Below are positions 30,060 to 39,961 of a stretch of DNA of 51,440 nt, piece by piece (positions within the stretch are counted from its first letter, which is position 1; every line of letters begins with the position of its first letter). The stretch comes from an uncultured Bacilli bacterium. Lineage in GTDB: Bacteria; Bacillota_I; Bacilli_A; RF39; UBA660. A model generated the notes under the pieces. That model did no database searches. It had not been told where the DNA came from and was given only the letters and a program-made list of their open reading frames with translations. The translations under genes were made by a program, and so were the position numbers. The stretch covers positions 1 through 51,440 of the forward strand of contig CALVYB010000002.1 in assembly GCA_944371955.1 (NCBI GenBank), read 5' to 3'.

Positions 30060-31013
30060 TTAATTCCTCATCAAATAGTTAAATACTAATGCACTTAATT
30101 TTAAGCTATTATGTCTTAAAGTGTTATCTTCTATGGTTATTAAATCTTCTTCTATAAGATCAGTTCCTAGGCTTTCAATTGCCGCATAATCTATTTTTAC
30201 TGGGTCTTTTTGCTCCGCAGTTGCATATTTTTCTGCTATTTTTTTATCAATTTTAGTATTGCTAGCAATAACCACGTCAATTTTTCTAAAATCTAAATAC
30301 TTGTTTAATAATTTAATATGATCACTAACTGTAAAATTATCCGTTTCTCCTGGCTGAGTAACAGCATTACATAAATACATTAATGGAGCCTTAGTTTCCT
30401 TTAATGCACTTTTTACTTCGTTGCAAATTACGTTTGGTAAAATACTAGTATAAAGACTACCCATACTAAAAATAATTAAATCAGCTTCTTCGATAGCTCT
30501 AATTACTTCTGGTAATACTTTAGGCTCCTCTTTATAATATATTTTTTGAAATTGATGATGAGCTTGAGTAATTTCTTCTTCTCCTTCAATTATATTTCCA
30601 TCTTTGTCCAATCCCATTAATGTTAGAGAAGAATCTTCTGAAATAGGTAATACTGTATGTTTTACATCAAACAGTTTGCATAACGAGTTGATTGATTCTT
30701 TTAAAGAACCCGTAATATCAAGCATCGAAGTTAAAATTAAATTACCTACTGCATGCCCATTTAAATCACTGGATGTATTAAAACGATATTCTACCATCTT
30801 TTTAATTGGGTCATCTATTTCTGATAACGCAGTAATTACTTTTCTAATATCTCCTACAGCAGGAGTATTAAATTCTTTGCGTAGTTTACCAGTTGATCTC
30901 CCGTTATCAGATACTGTAATTACAGCTGTAATATCTACAGGGAAATCTTTTAATCCTTTTAATAGATAGGAAATCCCTGTTCCTCCTCCAAACACAACTA
31001 CTTTTTTATACAT
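30060..31013 (-). CDS. yvcK: YvcK/GlmR-family gluconeogenesis factor (UPF0052, CofD-like)
   Basis: 317-aa ORF, 'VVVFGGGTG', 'ITVSDNGRSTGKLR'. Confidence 0.88.
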   Translation of the reverse strand: MYKKVVVFGGGTGISYLLKGLKDFPVDITAVITVSDNGRSTGKLRKEFNTPAVGDIRKVITALSEIDDPIKKMVEYRFNTSSDLNGHAVGNLILTSMLDITGSLKESINSLCKLFDVKHTVLPISEDSSLTLMGLDKDGNIIEGEEEITQAHHQFQKIYYKEEPKVLPEVIRAIEEADLIIFSMGSLYTSILPNVICNEVKSALKETKAPLMYLCNAVTQPGETDNFTVSDHIKLLNKYLDFRKIDVVIASNTKIDKKIAEKYATAEQKDPVKIDYAAIESLGTDLIEEDLITIEDNTLRHNSLKLSALVFNYLMRN

Positions 31014-31026
31014 TTGATCCTCCTAA

Positions 31027-31812
31027 TTACATATTATATAAATCTTTTGATTTGTTTTTTAGGCTTTTAATAAAGATTACTAGTCCAGATATAATAAACA
31101 CAATTGAAACTAATTGAGCGACTTTGATTGGACCTAGCATTAATGAATCCGTTCTCATGGCTTCTATGATAAACCTTATAATTCCATACCAAATTAAATA
31201 AAAGCTTGTTAACTGTCCCACCTTTAATCTTTGGTTTCTTCTTATAATTAGCATGAATATAAAACCAATTAAGCACCATACTGATTCATAAAAGAAAGTA
31301 GGATGATGATACTCACCTAATATATACATTCCTTGAATTATAAATTCCGGTATCCCCAGAGATTTTAAATGTGATTGTGAAGTTATTGGCCCATACGCTT
31401 CGCCATTAAAAAAGTTTCCCCATCTTCCTATAGCTTGTGCAACAATTAATCCTACAACAACAATGTCTAATATTTTCCATACATTTACGTTATGCTTTTT
31501 GCAATAATATATTATTACAAGTAAGCCAGCAATGATTCCGCCGTGAATTGCTAATCCACCGTTCCATATTTTTAAAATTTCTATTGGATTACTAATGTAG
31601 TATGGTAAATTAAACATTACATAATAAACTCTCGCTCCAATAATACCAATGATAACCGTATTAAATATGAGATTTAAAAGAAAATCCTCATCAATTCCCC
31701 TTTTTTGGGACTCTTTAAAAATCATGATAGAAGCAACTAACATTCCTATAAAAATGAATATTGAGTACCAATATATCTGGACTACCCCTAAATCTAGTGC
31801 TACTTTTTCCAT
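31027..31812 (-). CDS. lgt: Prolipoprotein diacylglyceryl transferase
   Basis: 261-aa polytopic membrane protein, 'WNGGLAIHGG', 'GRWGNFFNGEAYG'. Confidence 0.93.
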   Translation of the reverse strand: MEKVALDLGVVQIYWYSIFIFIGMLVASIMIFKESQKRGIDEDFLLNLIFNTVIIGIIGARVYYVMFNLPYYISNPIEILKIWNGGLAIHGGIIAGLLVIIYYCKKHNVNVWKILDIVVVGLIVAQAIGRWGNFFNGEAYGPITSQSHLKSLGIPEFIIQGMYILGEYHHPTFFYESVWCLIGFIFMLIIRRNQRLKVGQLTSFYLIWYGIIRFIIEAMRTDSLMLGPIKVAQLVSIVFIISGLVIFIKSLKNKSKDLYNM

Positions 31813-31824
31813 ATTTGACCTCTT

Positions 31825-34638
31825 TTATAATATTTTTTGTAAAAATTGTCCAGTATAGGATTTTTTTACTTTGGCGATTTCTTCTGGAGTTCCAGTAGCT
31901 ACAATTTGGCCACCTTCATCTCCCCCTTCAGGTCCTAAGTCAATCACGTAATCAGCTACTTTAATTACATCTAGGTTATGTTCAATCACTACTACCGTAT
32001 CTTTATTATCTACTATTTTCTGTAGAATTGCAAGCAATCGCTTAATATCATCCGTATGTAATCCGGTTGTTGGCTCATCAAGAATAAATAGAGTCTTACC
32101 AGTTGCTTTCTTTTGTAGTTCTTTGGCTAACTTAACGCGTTCAGCTTCCCCTCCTGATAGTGTTGGAGCACTTTGCCCTAGCTTTATATAGCCCAATCCT
32201 ACATCTTCTAAAACTTGTAATTTATTTTTTATTTTTGGAACATTTGAGAAAAATTCTAGAGCTTCGGATACTCTCATGTCTAGTACCTCAGCAATATTTT
32301 TTCCTTTATACTTTATGTTTAAAGTTTCCATATTATACCTTGTCCCGTGACATACTTCGCAAGGTACATAAACATCTGGTAAGAAGTGCATTTCTATTTT
32401 CTTTACTCCATCACCTCGACAAGCTTCGCAACGTCCACCTTTTACATTGAAAGAAAATCTATTTTTTTCAAAGCCAGCCATTTTAGCTTCTTTAGTAGTT
32501 GTAAATAAAGTACGAATATCATCAAATACGCCTGTATACGTTGCTGGATTAGAACGTGGAGTTCTACCAATTGGGTTTTGAGATATAGCAACTAGTTTAT
32601 CAATATTATCTAACCCCAAAATCTTTTTATGTTTTCCTGGGCGTTCTTTGGCATTATATAATTTAGCAGCTACTGCTTTACAAAGTATTTCATTTACTAA
32701 ACTACTCTTTCCACTTCCTGATACTCCTGTTACACAGGTAAATGTTCCAAGAGGAATATCAACATCAATATTTTTTAAGTTATGTTCTTCTGCTCCTTTT
32801 ATTTTTAAAAATTTATTATTTCCTTTTCTTCTTGTTTTAGGAACTTCAATACATTTATTTCCGCTCAAATATTGTCCTGTTAAGCTTTTTTCATTTTTCA
32901 TTACTTCTTCTGGGGTTCCGGCAGCAACTATTTCTCCGCCATGATCACCAGCTCCTGGACCAATATCTACTAGGTAATCACAAGCTAACATCGTATCAGT
33001 ATCATGTTCTACTACGATTAAAGTATTTCCTAAATCTCTCATTTCTAGCATCGAGTTAATTAATTTTTCATTATCCCTTTGGTGTAAACCAATACTTGGT
33101 TCATCTAACACATATAGAACCCCAGTCAAATGTGAACCAATTTGAGTTGCTAATCTAATACGTTGGGCTTCTCCGCCTGATAAAGTTCCGGCACTTCTAT
33201 TTAAAGTTAAATATTCTAATCCAACATTTTTTAAGAACTCTAAGCGATCTTGCACTTCCTTAATAACAAGTTTAGCAATTTCTTTTTTTTCTTCTGATAA
33301 CTCTAGGTTGGCGAAGAATGGAATTAATTCTTTGATGCTCATCTGTGTTACTTCGTAAATATTTTTACCATTTAATTTAACTGATAAAATATTATCTGTA
33401 AGCCTTGCACCATGACAAGTCTCGCAGGTGTGTTCTATCATGTAGTTTTCTAACCACTCTCGAATCCAAGAGGAGCTTGTTTCCATATATCTTCTCTCTA
33501 AATTATTAATTATTCCTTCATAAAAGTCTTTGTTATTATATTTATTTCCACTCTTTGAGGAATACTGAAAATGGATTATTTCATCTGAACCATAAAGAAT
33601 TATATTCTGTTGTTTTTTTGTTAATTTTTTCCATGGCTCTGTCATATCAATTTTATAATGCTTACAAACACATTCTAATTTTTGATAATCTAAACCTTCT
33701 GGGTCATCAGTCAATGTTTTGATACATCCTGTTGCTAAAGACTTTTCTTTATCAGGAATAATCAAATCAGCATCAATTTGTAATTTTATTCCTAACCCTT
33801 TACAGTCGGGGCAAGCTCCATAAGGAGCATTAAAACTAAAAATTCTTGGTTCTAATTCTGGTAATGAAAACTCACAATAAGGACAAGCGAATGACTCAGA
33901 TAGAACTATTTCTTTTTTATTTTCTCCTAATATATCTATTACTACTTTTCCATTTGCCAGTTTGGTAGCAGATTCAATTGCCTCAAAAAGTCTTGATCTT
34001 ATTCCCTCTTTAATAATTAGACGATCTACAACAACATCTATTTTATGTTTTTTGTTTTTATCTAAAACTATTTCTTCAGATAAATCCATCATCTCTTCAT
34101 CTATACGAACTCTAATATATCCTTCTTTTCGTAAAGTGTCTAATAAGTCTTTTTGCGTGCCTTTTTCTCCGTGAACAACTGGAGCCATAATAATTATTTT
34201 GGTTCCTTCCGGATATTCTAATACCTTGTTTGTCATTTCTTCAACACTTTGACTAGATATTGGAATATGGTGGTTAGGGCAATATGGTATACCAACTCTA
34301 GCAAAAATAAGTCTTAAATAATCATAAATTTCTGTTACTGTTCCTACTGTTGATCTGGGATTATTATTGGTAGTTTTTTGATCAATACTAATTGCTGGAG
34401 ATAACCCTTCAATACTATCTACATCTGGCTTTTCACTACCACCTAAAAATTGTCGCGCATAAGCAGATAAACTTTCTACATACCTTCGTTGCCCCTCGGC
34501 ATAAATAGTGTCAAAAGCTAAACTACTTTTTCCACTTCCTGATACTCCAGTCATCACAATTAATTTATTTTTTGGTAACTCAATACTTACATTTTTTAAA
34601 TTATTTTCTCTTGCACCTTTTACAACAATTTTATCCAT
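31825..34638 (-). CDS. uvrA: Excinuclease ABC subunit A
   Basis: Two ABC modules ('GVSGSGKSSL' twice) and zinc modules. I prefer the start at 34638 (MDKIVVKGAREN). Confidence 0.97.
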   Translation of the reverse strand: MDKIVVKGARENNLKNVSIELPKNKLIVMTGVSGSGKSSLAFDTIYAEGQRRYVESLSAYARQFLGGSEKPDVDSIEGLSPAISIDQKTTNNNPRSTVGTVTEIYDYLRLIFARVGIPYCPNHHIPISSQSVEEMTNKVLEYPEGTKIIIMAPVVHGEKGTQKDLLDTLRKEGYIRVRIDEEMMDLSEEIVLDKNKKHKIDVVVDRLIIKEGIRSRLFEAIESATKLANGKVVIDILGENKKEIVLSESFACPYCEFSLPELEPRIFSFNAPYGACPDCKGLGIKLQIDADLIIPDKEKSLATGCIKTLTDDPEGLDYQKLECVCKHYKIDMTEPWKKLTKKQQNIILYGSDEIIHFQYSSKSGNKYNNKDFYEGIINNLERRYMETSSSWIREWLENYMIEHTCETCHGARLTDNILSVKLNGKNIYEVTQMSIKELIPFFANLELSEEKKEIAKLVIKEVQDRLEFLKNVGLEYLTLNRSAGTLSGGEAQRIRLATQIGSHLTGVLYVLDEPSIGLHQRDNEKLINSMLEMRDLGNTLIVVEHDTDTMLACDYLVDIGPGAGDHGGEIVAAGTPEEVMKNEKSLTGQYLSGNKCIEVPKTRRKGNNKFLKIKGAEEHNLKNIDVDIPLGTFTCVTGVSGSGKSSLVNEILCKAVAAKLYNAKERPGKHKKILGLDNIDKLVAISQNPIGRTPRSNPATYTGVFDDIRTLFTTTKEAKMAGFEKNRFSFNVKGGRCEACRGDGVKKIEMHFLPDVYVPCEVCHGTRYNMETLNIKYKGKNIAEVLDMRVSEALEFFSNVPKIKNKLQVLEDVGLGYIKLGQSAPTLSGGEAERVKLAKELQKKATGKTLFILDEPTTGLHTDDIKRLLAILQKIVDNKDTVVVIEHNLDVIKVADYVIDLGPEGGDEGGQIVATGTPEEIAKVKKSYTGQFLQKIL

Positions 34639-34701
34639 ATATTTCACCTGCCACATATTATAACACAATTTTTTCTTGTTTATTATTTATATTTGCATAA
34701 T

Positions 34702-34730
34702 ATTTTATAACAAAAACATTTGTTCGTCAA
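34702..34730 (-). promoter_or_regulatory. Promoter TTGACG-17 nt-TAAAAT for uvrA, overlapped by a Cheo/LexA-like box CGAACAAATGTTTT (34726..34713)
   Basis: Read directly on the minus strand. The box spans the -35/spacer junction, which is the classical repressor position. Confidence 0.6.
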
Positions 34731-34735
34731 CCAAA

Positions 34736-34764
34736 TAAAAACCAGAAGAAGTTTATCTGGTTTT
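34736..34764 (-). terminator. Intrinsic terminator after the radical SAM gene
   Basis: Stem aaaaccag/ctggtttt with a roughly 12-nt loop. A T-run follows on the minus strand. Confidence 0.6.
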
Positions 34765-34767
34765 ACA

Positions 34768-35604
34768 TTAACGATTGTTTCTATTTTTAAAAGTACATGA
34801 TTGACATAGTTTTTCTATTGGCTTTCTATCTTGAAAAGATTTTTTTAGTCTTTGGTATCTTTCTTTACCTTGGATATCTTCCATTGTTTCTTGATAAATA
34901 TTTCCCAATTCTATAATACCGTTACTATCTAAGCAACAAGGTACTACTGTTCCATCTACTAATGTTGCAATTTGAGTTTTTAAAGCATAGCAATATCCAC
35001 AGCTTTTGTTTTTTGTTACTTCTGGCCACTCAAATTCGTTATCTTTATCCACATAAATTGTGGAAGAAATTTTTATATTATTTTCTGTGTTTAGTTTTTT
35101 CACAGTTTCTTTTGATAAATGATAGTATTTTTCTAATTTTTCCACTGTTTTTGTGGATTTCTCATCCAACTTATTACCTTGTAGAGTCCATAAACGATAG
35201 ATTATCACAGTGTTTGGGGATAACTTGTCTGCGTTTTTAAATATTTCCTCTTCATAATTTAAGAGATGTTGTTCACAATGAAGAGAAAAGTTAATTTTGT
35301 GTAGCGCTTTACATTTTTTCAATTTTTCTGCTACTTTTGGAAATAAAATTCCATTAGTTGTTATGTTTACAGTTAAATTGTATTTTTCTGCAAGTTGTAA
35401 AAACTTTATTAATTGAGGATGTAAAAGTGGTTCTCCCTTAACGTGTAAGTATATCACATTAGTAACTTTTGATACTTCTTTTAAAATATGTTCAAACTCT
35501 GTTTCTGTCATAAATCGTTTTCTTTTTTTTACAGGGGAACAGAAAGAACAATTAAGATTACAACAATTTGTTATTTCTATATATACTTTTTTATATTTGT
35601 CCAT
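34768..35604 (-). CDS. Radical SAM enzyme with a C-terminal SPASM/twitch-like Cys-rich auxiliary-cluster domain
   Basis: 278-aa ORF. C15-x3-C19-x2-C22 (CNLNCSFC). C-terminal CGYC...PCC...CQSC. Its ATG lies 1 nt after the uvrB stop (TAATATG). Confidence 0.8.
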   Translation of the reverse strand: MDKYKKVYIEITNCCNLNCSFCSPVKKRKRFMTETEFEHILKEVSKVTNVIYLHVKGEPLLHPQLIKFLQLAEKYNLTVNITTNGILFPKVAEKLKKCKALHKINFSLHCEQHLLNYEEEIFKNADKLSPNTVIIYRLWTLQGNKLDEKSTKTVEKLEKYYHLSKETVKKLNTENNIKISSTIYVDKDNEFEWPEVTKNKSCGYCYALKTQIATLVDGTVVPCCLDSNGIIELGNIYQETMEDIQGKERYQRLKKSFQDRKPIEKLCQSCTFKNRNNR

Positions 35605-35605
35605 A

Positions 35606-37558
35606 TTAATTTCCTGATTTCATTTCAAACAAGATATCACGCAGTTCCATAGCTCTCTCAAAATCAAGAGCTTTCGCAGCTTCCCTCATTTCTTGTTCTA
35701 CATTTTCTATCATTTTAGCCAATTCTTTCTTTGTCATTTTCTTTGGTTTTGTTGAGGCTTTTTCATCCACATTACTAATCACTTCTCTAATTTCTTTTTG
35801 GATTGTTTGAGGAACAATATTGTGATTTTTATTATATTCCTGTTGAATTTTTCTACGTCTTGCCGTTTCTTCAATTGTTGCTCTCATAGAGTCCGTGATC
35901 TTATCTCCATACATAATAACATGACCATTAGCATTTCTAGCACAACGTCCTACTGTTTGAATTAAACTTCTAGTACTACGTAAGAATCCTTCTTTATCTG
36001 CATCTAATATAGCAATTAGAGATACTTCTGGGATATCAATTCCTTCACGTAATAAGTTTATTCCCACAACCACATCATATTTCCCAATACGCAAATCATG
36101 AATTATTTGAAGTCGTTCTAGCGTTTTTATTTCAGAATGAAGATATGCTACTTTAATATCTAATTCTTTTAGATAATTTGTCAACTCTTCAGACATACGA
36201 ATAGTTAATGTTGTTACTAGTACTCTTTCATTCTTTGTAATTCGCTCTCTAATTTCACCTACTAAGTCGTCAATTTGACCTTCAGTCTTTCTTACTTCTA
36301 TTGTCGGATCTAACAGCCCTGTAGGACGGATGATTTGTTCTACAAATTTTCCACCAGTATGTTCAAGTTCTAAATCTCCAGGGGTTGCTGATACATAAAT
36401 AGCTTGATTAATCTTTTGTTCGAATTCATCATATTTTAAAGGTCTATTGTCTAGAGCACTTGGAAGACGAAAGCCATATTCTACCAAATTCATTTTTCTG
36501 GCTCTATCGCCGTTATACATTCCTCTAACTTGAGGTAGTGTAACGTGAGATTCATCTACAACTAGCAAATAATCTTTTGGAAAGAAATCCATTAAAGTTG
36601 TTGGAGTTTCTCCTTTTTTTCTTCCAGCCATTGGTGCAGAATAATTTTCTATTCCTGAACAAAATCCGGTTTCTTCTAGCATCTCAATATCATAGTTTGT
36701 TCTTTGTTCTAATCGTTCTGCTGCTAATAATTTGTTATTCTCTTTTAGTTCTTGTAATCTTTCTTTTAACTCTTCTTTAATGCGAATAATTGCCGCTTTT
36801 AATTTATCATCACTTACAACGAAATGACTTGCGGGAAATAGACTAACATTCTTTTTATTAGAAATTATTGCTCCTGTTAACGTATCAATTTCGCTTATTT
36901 TATCGATTTCATTTCCAAAAAATTCTACCCTGTATCCCGTTGTATTTTGATAAGCTGGTATTATTTCAACAATATCTCCACGCACCCTAAATGTTCCACG
37001 TTTAAAATCTAAATCATTTCTTTCATACATCATATCCACTAACTTTGCTAGTATCTCATTTCTTTCTACTTCTTGACCAGTAGATAATGTTAACATTTTA
37101 TTTCTATATTCTTCTACTTCTCCAATACCATAAATGCAAGATACACTAGCTACTACAATAACATCATTCCTTGATAATAAGCAGCTTGTTGCAGCATGAC
37201 GAAGTTCATCTATTTCATCATTAATAGATGAATCCTTTTCGATATAGGTATCTGTAGAAGGAACATAAGCTTCTGGCTGATAATAATCATAATACGATAC
37301 AAAATATTCTACTCTGTTTTCAGGAAATAACTCTTTTAACTCCGAATAGAGTTGTCCTGCTAGTGTTTTGTTATGTGCTAATACTAATGTTGGTTTATTT
37401 ACTTCTTGTATTACGTTTGCAATCGTAAACGTCTTTCCAGTACCGGTTGCACCTAGCAAAACTTGTTCTTTTTTTCCTTCTTTTATTCCCTTTACCAACT
37501 CTTTTATAGCATTTGGCTGATCTCCAGAAGGTTTAAATTTTGAGACCAATTTGAACAT
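35606..37558 (-). CDS. uvrB: Excinuclease ABC subunit B
   Basis: 650-aa ORF, 'GATGTGKTF', helicase motifs, C-terminal UVR domain. Confidence 0.97.
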   Translation of the reverse strand: MFKLVSKFKPSGDQPNAIKELVKGIKEGKKEQVLLGATGTGKTFTIANVIQEVNKPTLVLAHNKTLAGQLYSELKELFPENRVEYFVSYYDYYQPEAYVPSTDTYIEKDSSINDEIDELRHAATSCLLSRNDVIVVASVSCIYGIGEVEEYRNKMLTLSTGQEVERNEILAKLVDMMYERNDLDFKRGTFRVRGDIVEIIPAYQNTTGYRVEFFGNEIDKISEIDTLTGAIISNKKNVSLFPASHFVVSDDKLKAAIIRIKEELKERLQELKENNKLLAAERLEQRTNYDIEMLEETGFCSGIENYSAPMAGRKKGETPTTLMDFFPKDYLLVVDESHVTLPQVRGMYNGDRARKMNLVEYGFRLPSALDNRPLKYDEFEQKINQAIYVSATPGDLELEHTGGKFVEQIIRPTGLLDPTIEVRKTEGQIDDLVGEIRERITKNERVLVTTLTIRMSEELTNYLKELDIKVAYLHSEIKTLERLQIIHDLRIGKYDVVVGINLLREGIDIPEVSLIAILDADKEGFLRSTRSLIQTVGRCARNANGHVIMYGDKITDSMRATIEETARRRKIQQEYNKNHNIVPQTIQKEIREVISNVDEKASTKPKKMTKKELAKMIENVEQEMREAAKALDFERAMELRDILFEMKSGN

Positions 37559-37868
37559 AAGCTTATCTCCTTTTTAGTACTTTTCTCAATAATATATTTT
37601 ATCATTTATGTTAATATAATACAATATCGTCTATCTTCAGAGCTTCTATTTCGGAAGAAATTATTTATTAATGGTTCTTTAGATACTTTTCACCTTCACA
37701 AGGTGCTAATATTCATAAATAAAATTAAATTCAAAAAAACAGTCTCTTTGAAATATAGTAATAGAGTGTTTTACTTATCATAACTTGATAATATTTGACT
37801 TCTTGTATTCTGATATAACTGTAATACTTTTTTCTTTGTTGTTTGAAAAATGAAAAAGTATTTGATTT

Positions 37869-38663
37869 CTAAATACTTGCCTTTTGTAGTTCAAGTAAAA
37901 ATTCCGCAATTCCATCTTCTTCGTTAGAAGTTGTTACTGCAGTAGCTTTTTCTTTTACTTCTGGTAATGCATTGCCCATCGCTACTCCTAAGCCAACCAT
38001 CTCTATTACTTCTAAATCATTTAATCCATCTCCAAAAAATATCATTTGTTCTATGGAAATGTCTAAATTATCTCCCAAGTGTTTTAGCGTTTGTGCTTTA
38101 TTAATATCTTTAGGATTTATAACTAGCCATTTTGTTATATCTTTTGAATCTTGCATAACAAAACAGTTTACATTGGGAAATGTAAGATTTATCCACTCAC
38201 ATTGTTCTTCAGCATTTACATTTGAATCTAAAAATATATTCATCCTTGCAATTTTCTCTTTCACTTCGTCTATAGAATTAATATCTATTATAAATGGCAA
38301 ATTACTTTGTTTTTTGTGTTTATAACTATAATAATTTCTTCCAGATACTATGTCTATTTGTGTAGCATAATGTTCTATTTTTTTTACAATATCGTGCACT
38401 TCACAAGAGGTTAAAAATCCCATCCACTCATCTTCTTTTGTTTGTGTATCATGTATAGATACTCCGTTATTAATAATCAGATAATTAAATATATCTATTG
38501 AGACAACCTGTTTTATGCTATCAAGAGTTCTAGCAGTTGCTCCTACAATAAAATATCCCTCTTTTTTTAATTTTCTCAATGTATTTTCTGTTTTTTCAGT
38601 AACTTTTTTATTGTCTGTTAACAATGTTCCATCAAAATCCATGGCAATAATTTTATATTTCAT
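37869..38663 (-). CDS. Cof-type HAD-IIB family phosphatase
   Basis: 264-aa ORF, 'AMDFDGTLL', 'FGDGLNDLEV'. Confidence 0.85.
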   Translation of the reverse strand: MKYKIIAMDFDGTLLTDNKKVTEKTENTLRKLKKEGYFIVGATARTLDSIKQVVSIDIFNYLIINNGVSIHDTQTKEDEWMGFLTSCEVHDIVKKIEHYATQIDIVSGRNYYSYKHKKQSNLPFIIDINSIDEVKEKIARMNIFLDSNVNAEEQCEWINLTFPNVNCFVMQDSKDITKWLVINPKDINKAQTLKHLGDNLDISIEQMIFFGDGLNDLEVIEMVGLGVAMGNALPEVKEKATAVTTSNEEDGIAEFLLELQKASI

Positions 38664-38758
38664 AATTATTCACTTCCTACTTAATATTTTATCACACTTC
38701 CGCTCTTTATATCGAAATATATTAAAAACTCGTTTCAAATAACAGAAACGAGTTTGTT

Positions 38759-39961
38759 TTATCTATTATTCCACTTTGAAGGTAGTGTTACTAATTTGCT
38801 TGGATTTATTAATCTATTTAAATATGAATTATAAGTACATCCTCCATTGTTTTTCCAAAAACAACTGGCTACTTCTAAATGTAAATGTGGCCCAGTTGAA
38901 CATCCCGTAGTACCCATGTATCCTATGATTGTATCTTTAGTTACGAACTGGCCAACACGAACATTGGCATAGCTGCTTAAATGTACATAAGACGAATAAA
39001 TATAACCACCATTATAATTGTGTTTTACCACAACTATTTTGGCATTTCCGTTACAAGAAAAGCCCATATTTTGACACCATCTGCCTCCAGTACAATCATC
39101 TGTATATATAGCATGAACCAAGCCGTCTGCAATAGGGTAAACTGGCTCAGTTTTATTAGAACTGCTTAAATCATAACCATTATGACTAGAACTAAAGCCT
39201 CTTACAAAATATCCTTTTTGCATTGGTCTTACGAAGAAACCTACGCTTGGTAAACTTTCAGAAGATCCTTGTGAGACACGATATTGGCAATCTTGAATAT
39301 CTTCATTCGCCCCACAGCCTAATCCTTTATAATATTTTACCATAGCTTGAGCTTCTGCTATTTGTGTTTTGATAGAAGGCACTGTATCTCTTAAAGATGC
39401 ACTATCAGCTTGAATCTTTTTCTTTTCTTTTTCTGCATCTTCACTTAATTTTACTAAACTCTTTTGTTTTTCTTCTAATTCTTTTTGATCTTTTTTATTT
39501 TGTTCAATTAGTTGCTCTAACTCATCCATTATTTTATCATTGTATTCTGTTAACTGTTCAACCACTGACATACGATATATCATATCTGTAATACTAGTAG
39601 CTCCGAAAGCGTATTCCAGATAAGCATTTTCACCATTTGCAATTTGATAGTATTCAATAATTTTTTTACTTTCCGCACTTTTTTCTTCTATCTTTTGGTT
39701 ACTCTCCTCAATTTCTTTTTGTAATGTTTCTATTCTATTTTTAGCGTCTTCAATTTGCTTTTCATACGAAGTTATCTTTTTCTCAATTTCAGCCACTTCT
39801 GCTTCATTTTTAGCCAAGGAAGCGTTGGTTTCTTCTAATTGAGCTGTGTATCTTTTTACTTCTTCTTCAAATTGGGCTACTGTTTTTGCTTGTGTATTTA
39901 ATGGTAGTGTAGCAAAAACAAGTAATATAATTGAACTAATAATTATTATTTTCTTATTCAT
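38759..39961 (-). CDS. Secreted coiled-coil M23 (LytM) peptidoglycan endopeptidase, the presumed FtsEX partner (PcsB/EnvC-like architecture)
   Basis: Signal peptide, a roughly 200-aa heptad-rich region, and an M23 domain ('HNGYD', 'HLHLEV'). Its start overlaps the ftsX stop (TAATG). Confidence 0.85.
   Translation of the reverse strand: MNKKIIIISSIILLVFATLPLNTQAKTVAQFEEEVKRYTAQLEETNASLAKNEAEVAEIEKKITSYEKQIEDAKNRIETLQKEIEESNQKIEEKSAESKKIIEYYQIANGENAYLEYAFGATSITDMIYRMSVVEQLTEYNDKIMDELEQLIEQNKKDQKELEEKQKSLVKLSEDAEKEKKKIQADSASLRDTVPSIKTQIAEAQAMVKYYKGLGCGANEDIQDCQYRVSQGSSESLPSVGFFVRPMQKGYFVRGFSSSHNGYDLSSSNKTEPVYPIADGLVHAIYTDDCTGGRWCQNMGFSCNGNAKIVVVKHNYNGGYIYSSYVHLSSYANVRVGQFVTKDTIIGYMGTTGCSTGPHLHLEVASCFWKNNGGCTYNSYLNRLINPSKLVTLPSKWNNR

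Noticed and set aside
30604-30969. 121-aa plus-strand ORF antisense to yvcK. Similar long antisense ORFs occur at 37972..38325, 6123..6464, 24835..25116, 27459..27734 and 14216..14512.
   Set aside because: Each lies entirely inside a well-supported minus-strand gene. The translations are low-complexity and hydrophobic, and I see no RBS or promoter. These are typical shadow ORFs.
31067-31279. 70-aa same-strand ORF overlapping lgt in another frame.
   Set aside because: It is embedded in the conserved lgt coding sequence and has no RBS. Its composition is typical of an out-of-frame read-through.
37559-37868. 310-nt region upstream of uvrB, examined for a LexA box, a small ORF or a structured RNA.
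   Set aside because: There is no GAAC-N4-GTTC-like site. It holds only a 6-bp hairpin (cacctt/aaggtg), a probable HAD-gene terminator (about 37733..37771), and a plausible TTGTAT-17-TAAAAT promoter. Nothing here is beyond ordinary intergenic content.
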